Below, piece after piece: positions 61,130 through 64,000 of a DNA stretch of 64,000 nucleotides. This stretch comes from Nitrospirota bacterium (GTDB taxonomy: Bacteria; Nitrospirota; Thermodesulfovibrionia; Thermodesulfovibrionales; SM23-35). The notes below the pieces were generated by a model, which was not told where the DNA came from, did not search any database, and worked only from the letters and a program-made list of their open reading frames with translations. The translations under genes were made by a program, and so were the position numbers. Location of the stretch: assembly GCA_013388435.1 (NCBI GenBank), contig JACAFE010000030.1, positions 65,974 through 129,973 on the forward strand, read 5' to 3'. Position 1 is the first letter of the stretch, and every line of letters starts with the position of its first letter.

Positions 61130-61986
61130 GAAATATCTATAAACATTTTGAAACATTAATTTGTGCAGAAGAATCAACGACCTATGGTGAAGAAAGAATA
61201 GAACCTTTTTTCTATGACCCATTCAAGAAAATAAAGCTGTATAATGGAGATGCTCTCGAACTATTAAAAAAAATACCTGATAAATGTATTGACCTTATAT
61301 TTGCAGACCCTCCTTACTTTGGAAATCAATCTGGTTTGATTATAAAAAGGAATGATGGACATGCCAATACCTTTGATACTCAAAAAGCAAAATGGGCTTA
61401 CTCAAAATCACTATCTTATCAATTTGAATTTCATTATGCTTGGCTAAAAGAAGCTCAAAGAATACTTAAAGACGGTTCAACTATATGGGTTACTGGTACA
61501 TATCACAGTATTGGAGTTATTAATGTCGTGCTTCAGGATTTAGGTTTTAAAATCCTTAATGATATAATTTTGCATAAAAGGAATGCTCCACCTAATTTTA
61601 AAGGTTCATGTTTTAGAGCTGTAACAGAAACAATGTTATGGGCAAAGAAGAATAATTATGGTAAAACTAAATTTAATTATTGGCAGATGAAGAGGCTTAA
61701 TGGTAATACCCAGATGAAGAATTTATGGGAATATTGGGCAGAAAAAAATCCATTTAGACACCCAGCGACAAAGCAACAAATAATTTTAGAGTATGTGATC
61801 TTAGCCGGGAGTAACGAAGGTGATTTAATACTTGACCCTTTTGCTGGTTCTGGAACGACAGGGTTTGTTGCACAAGGCCTCGGTAGAAAATGTATTATGA
61901 TAGAAATAGACCCAAATTATTGCCAGCTAATTAAAGACAGAATAGAAGGGAAATATGGTGAATTCAGAAGAAAGACAAAAACTTAA
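61126..61986 (+). CDS. DNA methyltransferase, beta-class (DPPY before FxGxG), probably N6-adenine
   Basis: 286 aa. Motif IV IFADPPY near the N-terminus and motif I DPFAGSGTTG near the C-terminus. Confidence 0.85.
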   Translation: MRNIYKHFETLICAEESTTYGEERIEPFFYDPFKKIKLYNGDALELLKKIPDKCIDLIFADPPYFGNQSGLIIKRNDGHANTFDTQKAKWAYSKSLSYQFEFHYAWLKEAQRILKDGSTIWVTGTYHSIGVINVVLQDLGFKILNDIILHKRNAPPNFKGSCFRAVTETMLWAKKNNYGKTKFNYWQMKRLNGNTQMKNLWEYWAEKNPFRHPATKQQIILEYVILAGSNEGDLILDPFAGSGTTGFVAQGLGRKCIMIEIDPNYCQLIKDRIEGKYGEFRRKTKT

Positions 61987-62764
61987 AGAGAAATTTAGAA
62001 GCCAGCTTCTAAAGTATGTTGATCAATTTAATGCCGCCGTTTCAACTGAAGATGGCGATTGGATTGTAAAAGGGTTTATAGATATTGCAAAAAATATCTA
62101 TACAATTTCAGTTGATACGAAGGTAGTATCAAAAATTATGGAACTACTTTTGTTCCCTAAAATATGTCAATTTGCAGAGGAAAATAAGTATAAGATGGTT
62201 TTATGTAAAGAACAAAATTTTTATCCTGATATTACATTTGTTGATAGCATGAATAACAAATTTGCTGTAGATGTAAAAAGCACATATAGAAAGAATGGAA
62301 AAGAAGTAAATGGAATGACATTAGGAGCATTCACAGGATATTTTAGAGATAGAAAAAGCAAGAAAAATATAACATTCCCCTATGATGAATATATAGGTCA
62401 CTTCGTATTGGGTATTATCTATTCGAGAACTGACAAACACCTTGATGAAAGAAAAGTATACCGCCTTGAAGATCTTAAAAACATCACCTCTGTAGTAAAA
62501 GATTTTGTCTTTTTTGTTCAGGAAAAATATAAAATTGCTACCGACAGGCCGGGGAGTGGAAATACAAAAAATATCGGTTCTGTAGTAAAGATAGATGAAC
62601 TAATAAATGGCAAAGGGCCATTTGCTAAACTTGGGGAAGATGTTTTTGATGATTACTGGATGTTTTACCTTACCAAAGATATGGCAAAAGCAGTGGAACT
62701 TAAAGATTCACCTTATAGAAATCTCAGAGAATATATGCAATACAAAAAAATGAGGATGAAATAA
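61955..62764 (+). CDS. Type II restriction endonuclease, EcoRV-like
   Basis: 269 aa. Collinear resemblance to my recollection of R.EcoRV: DTKVVSKIMELL (EcoRV DTKVLSTIFELF), NFYPDITF (HYPDFTL), FAVDVKSTY (IAIDIKTTY), FPYDEYIGH (YPFDQYIAH), GSGNTKNIGS (GSGNTTNIGS), GKGPF...DDYW (GKGIF...LDYW). Confidence 0.8.
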   Translation: MVNSEERQKLKEKFRSQLLKYVDQFNAAVSTEDGDWIVKGFIDIAKNIYTISVDTKVVSKIMELLLFPKICQFAEENKYKMVLCKEQNFYPDITFVDSMNNKFAVDVKSTYRKNGKEVNGMTLGAFTGYFRDRKSKKNITFPYDEYIGHFVLGIIYSRTDKHLDERKVYRLEDLKNITSVVKDFVFFVQEKYKIATDRPGSGNTKNIGSVVKIDELINGKGPFAKLGEDVFDDYWMFYLTKDMAKAVELKDSPYRNLREYMQYKKMRMK

Positions 62765-63832
62765 ATGTCACAAATTTTTAAAAAACAATTAACTTTACTT
62801 GAAAATCCCCCTGTATTCCCTTCAACACGATTCCAGGGAAGTAAGCTCAAAATAGTGGATTGGATATGGGATGAAATAAAAGATTTGAAATTCCATACTG
62901 CTCTTGACGCTTTCGGAGGGACTGGAAGTGTTGCTTATATGCTTAAGGAAAAAGGTAAGAAAGTAACATATAACGACATATTGAAATTTAACTACTATAT
63001 AGGGCTTGCATTGATAGAGAACAATGAAATGACACTGACGGATGAAGATGTAGAGTTTCTTCTTACGAGACATAATGGTATTGCCTATCCTACATTTATT
63101 GCTGACACCTTTAAGGAAATCTATTACACGGATGACGAAAATAGATGGATTGATATGGTAGTAACAAACATCAAATTAATGAGTGATAAATATAAACAAG
63201 CAATGGCATTTTTTTCACTCTTTCAAGCATGTATTATCAAACGACCCTTTAACCTATTTCACAGAAAGAACCTATATTTAAGATTTGCCGATGTAAAAAG
63301 AGATTTTGGGAATAAAGCAACTTGGGATACTTCTTTTGAGACACATTTTAGAAAATTTGTTGATGAGGCTAATAATGCAGTTTTCTCTAATGGTCAAAAG
63401 AATAATGCATTAAATCTTGATGTTTTTGATATAGAGGGGGAATTTGATCTTGTTTACATTGACACGCCTTATATTTCAAAAAAAGGAGTGGGAGTAGATT
63501 ATCTTAGCTTTTATCATTTCCTTGAGGGGCTTGTTAATTATGACGAGTGGGCTGATATGATCGATTACAGAACTAAAAATCGGAAGTTGAAATCAAAACC
63601 ATCTGTATGGATTGACAGAAATAAAATATACTCTGCTTTTGATAGATTATTTAAGAAATTTCAAGATAGCATTCTTGTTGTTTCATATCGTTCGGATGGT
63701 ATTCCTTCTATAGATGAACTTGTGGATGTACTTAGAAAATATAAACAAACTATTCACCAGATAAAAAGAAAAGACTATAAGTACGCGTTAAGTACAAATG
63801 AGTTAGAGGAAGTAATTTTAATAGGGGAATAA
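62765..63832 (+). CDS. DNA adenine methyltransferase, alpha-class (Dam/D12 family)
   Basis: 355 aa. N-terminal FQGSKLKIVDWI (Dam Y.GgK-type), motif I DAFGGTGSV and motif IV VYIDTPY. Confidence 0.85.
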   Translation: MSQIFKKQLTLLENPPVFPSTRFQGSKLKIVDWIWDEIKDLKFHTALDAFGGTGSVAYMLKEKGKKVTYNDILKFNYYIGLALIENNEMTLTDEDVEFLLTRHNGIAYPTFIADTFKEIYYTDDENRWIDMVVTNIKLMSDKYKQAMAFFSLFQACIIKRPFNLFHRKNLYLRFADVKRDFGNKATWDTSFETHFRKFVDEANNAVFSNGQKNNALNLDVFDIEGEFDLVYIDTPYISKKGVGVDYLSFYHFLEGLVNYDEWADMIDYRTKNRKLKSKPSVWIDRNKIYSAFDRLFKKFQDSILVVSYRSDGIPSIDELVDVLRKYKQTIHQIKRKDYKYALSTNELEEVILIGE

Positions 63833-63838
63833 CATTAG

Positions 63839-64000
63839 CTATTGACCAGCGATTTTTAGGGAAGGGATAAGTCCTGTGCGGGCAAGTTTATAAATGGTAT
63901 GTTCGTCCATCTGTAAATATTCTGCCACTTGCTTAACAGTCATTATTTCTTTTTCTTCCATAAAGGCAATCCTTTTCTTAAAACATAATTTTTCATAAAA
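63839..64000 (-). repeat. Right arm of the inverted repeat; contains a truncated second copy of the HTH gene (40 codons then TAG)
   Basis: The minus strand reads ATG (63961-63959) MEEKEIMTVKQVAEYLQMDEHTIYKLARTGLIPSLKIAGQ, then TAG (63841-63839). Similarity to the left copy ends exactly after ...GCTGGTCA. The repeat runs to the window edge, so its full length is unknown. Confidence 0.85.

Overview
AT-rich bacterial chromosomal segment. I found no rRNA, tRNA or CRISPR array. All calls come from reading the supplied ORF translations and the raw sequence by eye; no database search or HMM scan was run, so family names are motif-level recognitions.

Housekeeping genes: tyrS, tgt, ilvD, hemY-type oxidase, uvrB, CIRCE-controlled groES-groEL, mltG, ispG, rhomboid protease, a CDF transporter and an ABC-2 exporter.

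Accessory blocks interleaved with them:
1. 9.0-22.1 kb: a co-directional array that opens with FliK-like and FlhB-C-like genes. It continues through three TPR-GT9-like paralogs, a TPR-GT41 (OGT/SPINDLY-like) protein, a GT2-GT9 fusion and a double GT2. This looks like a protein-glycosylation island.
2. 27.1-35.4 kb: a c-di-GMP-flavoured neighbourhood. It holds a PilZ protein, a membrane protein with three tandem MshEN-like modules, a divergently transcribed 946-aa secreted repeat/beta-propeller-like protein, a B12-radical SAM enzyme and a GGDEF cyclase.
3. 48.4-56.0 kb: a single 2,533-codon ORF that concatenates about eight glycosyltransferase-type modules. This is my top candidate for something undescribed.
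4. 56.6-60.3 kb: an Rrf2-cydA-cydB-peroxiredoxin unit. The peroxiredoxin has an in-frame TGA exactly at the peroxidatic Cys position, followed by a SECIS-like hairpin, so it is a likely selenoprotein. cydA carries one in-frame TAA.
5. 60.8-64.0 kb: an EcoRV-like restriction endonuclease with two adenine-methyltransferase genes. The block is bracketed by about 158-bp inverted repeats that contain the 5' part of an excisionase-type HTH gene.

Other observations: uvrB seems to need a non-canonical ATT start. A MITE-like intergenic repeat family has at least two copies. Two further genes look decayed: an antitoxin and a GHKL-like gene.
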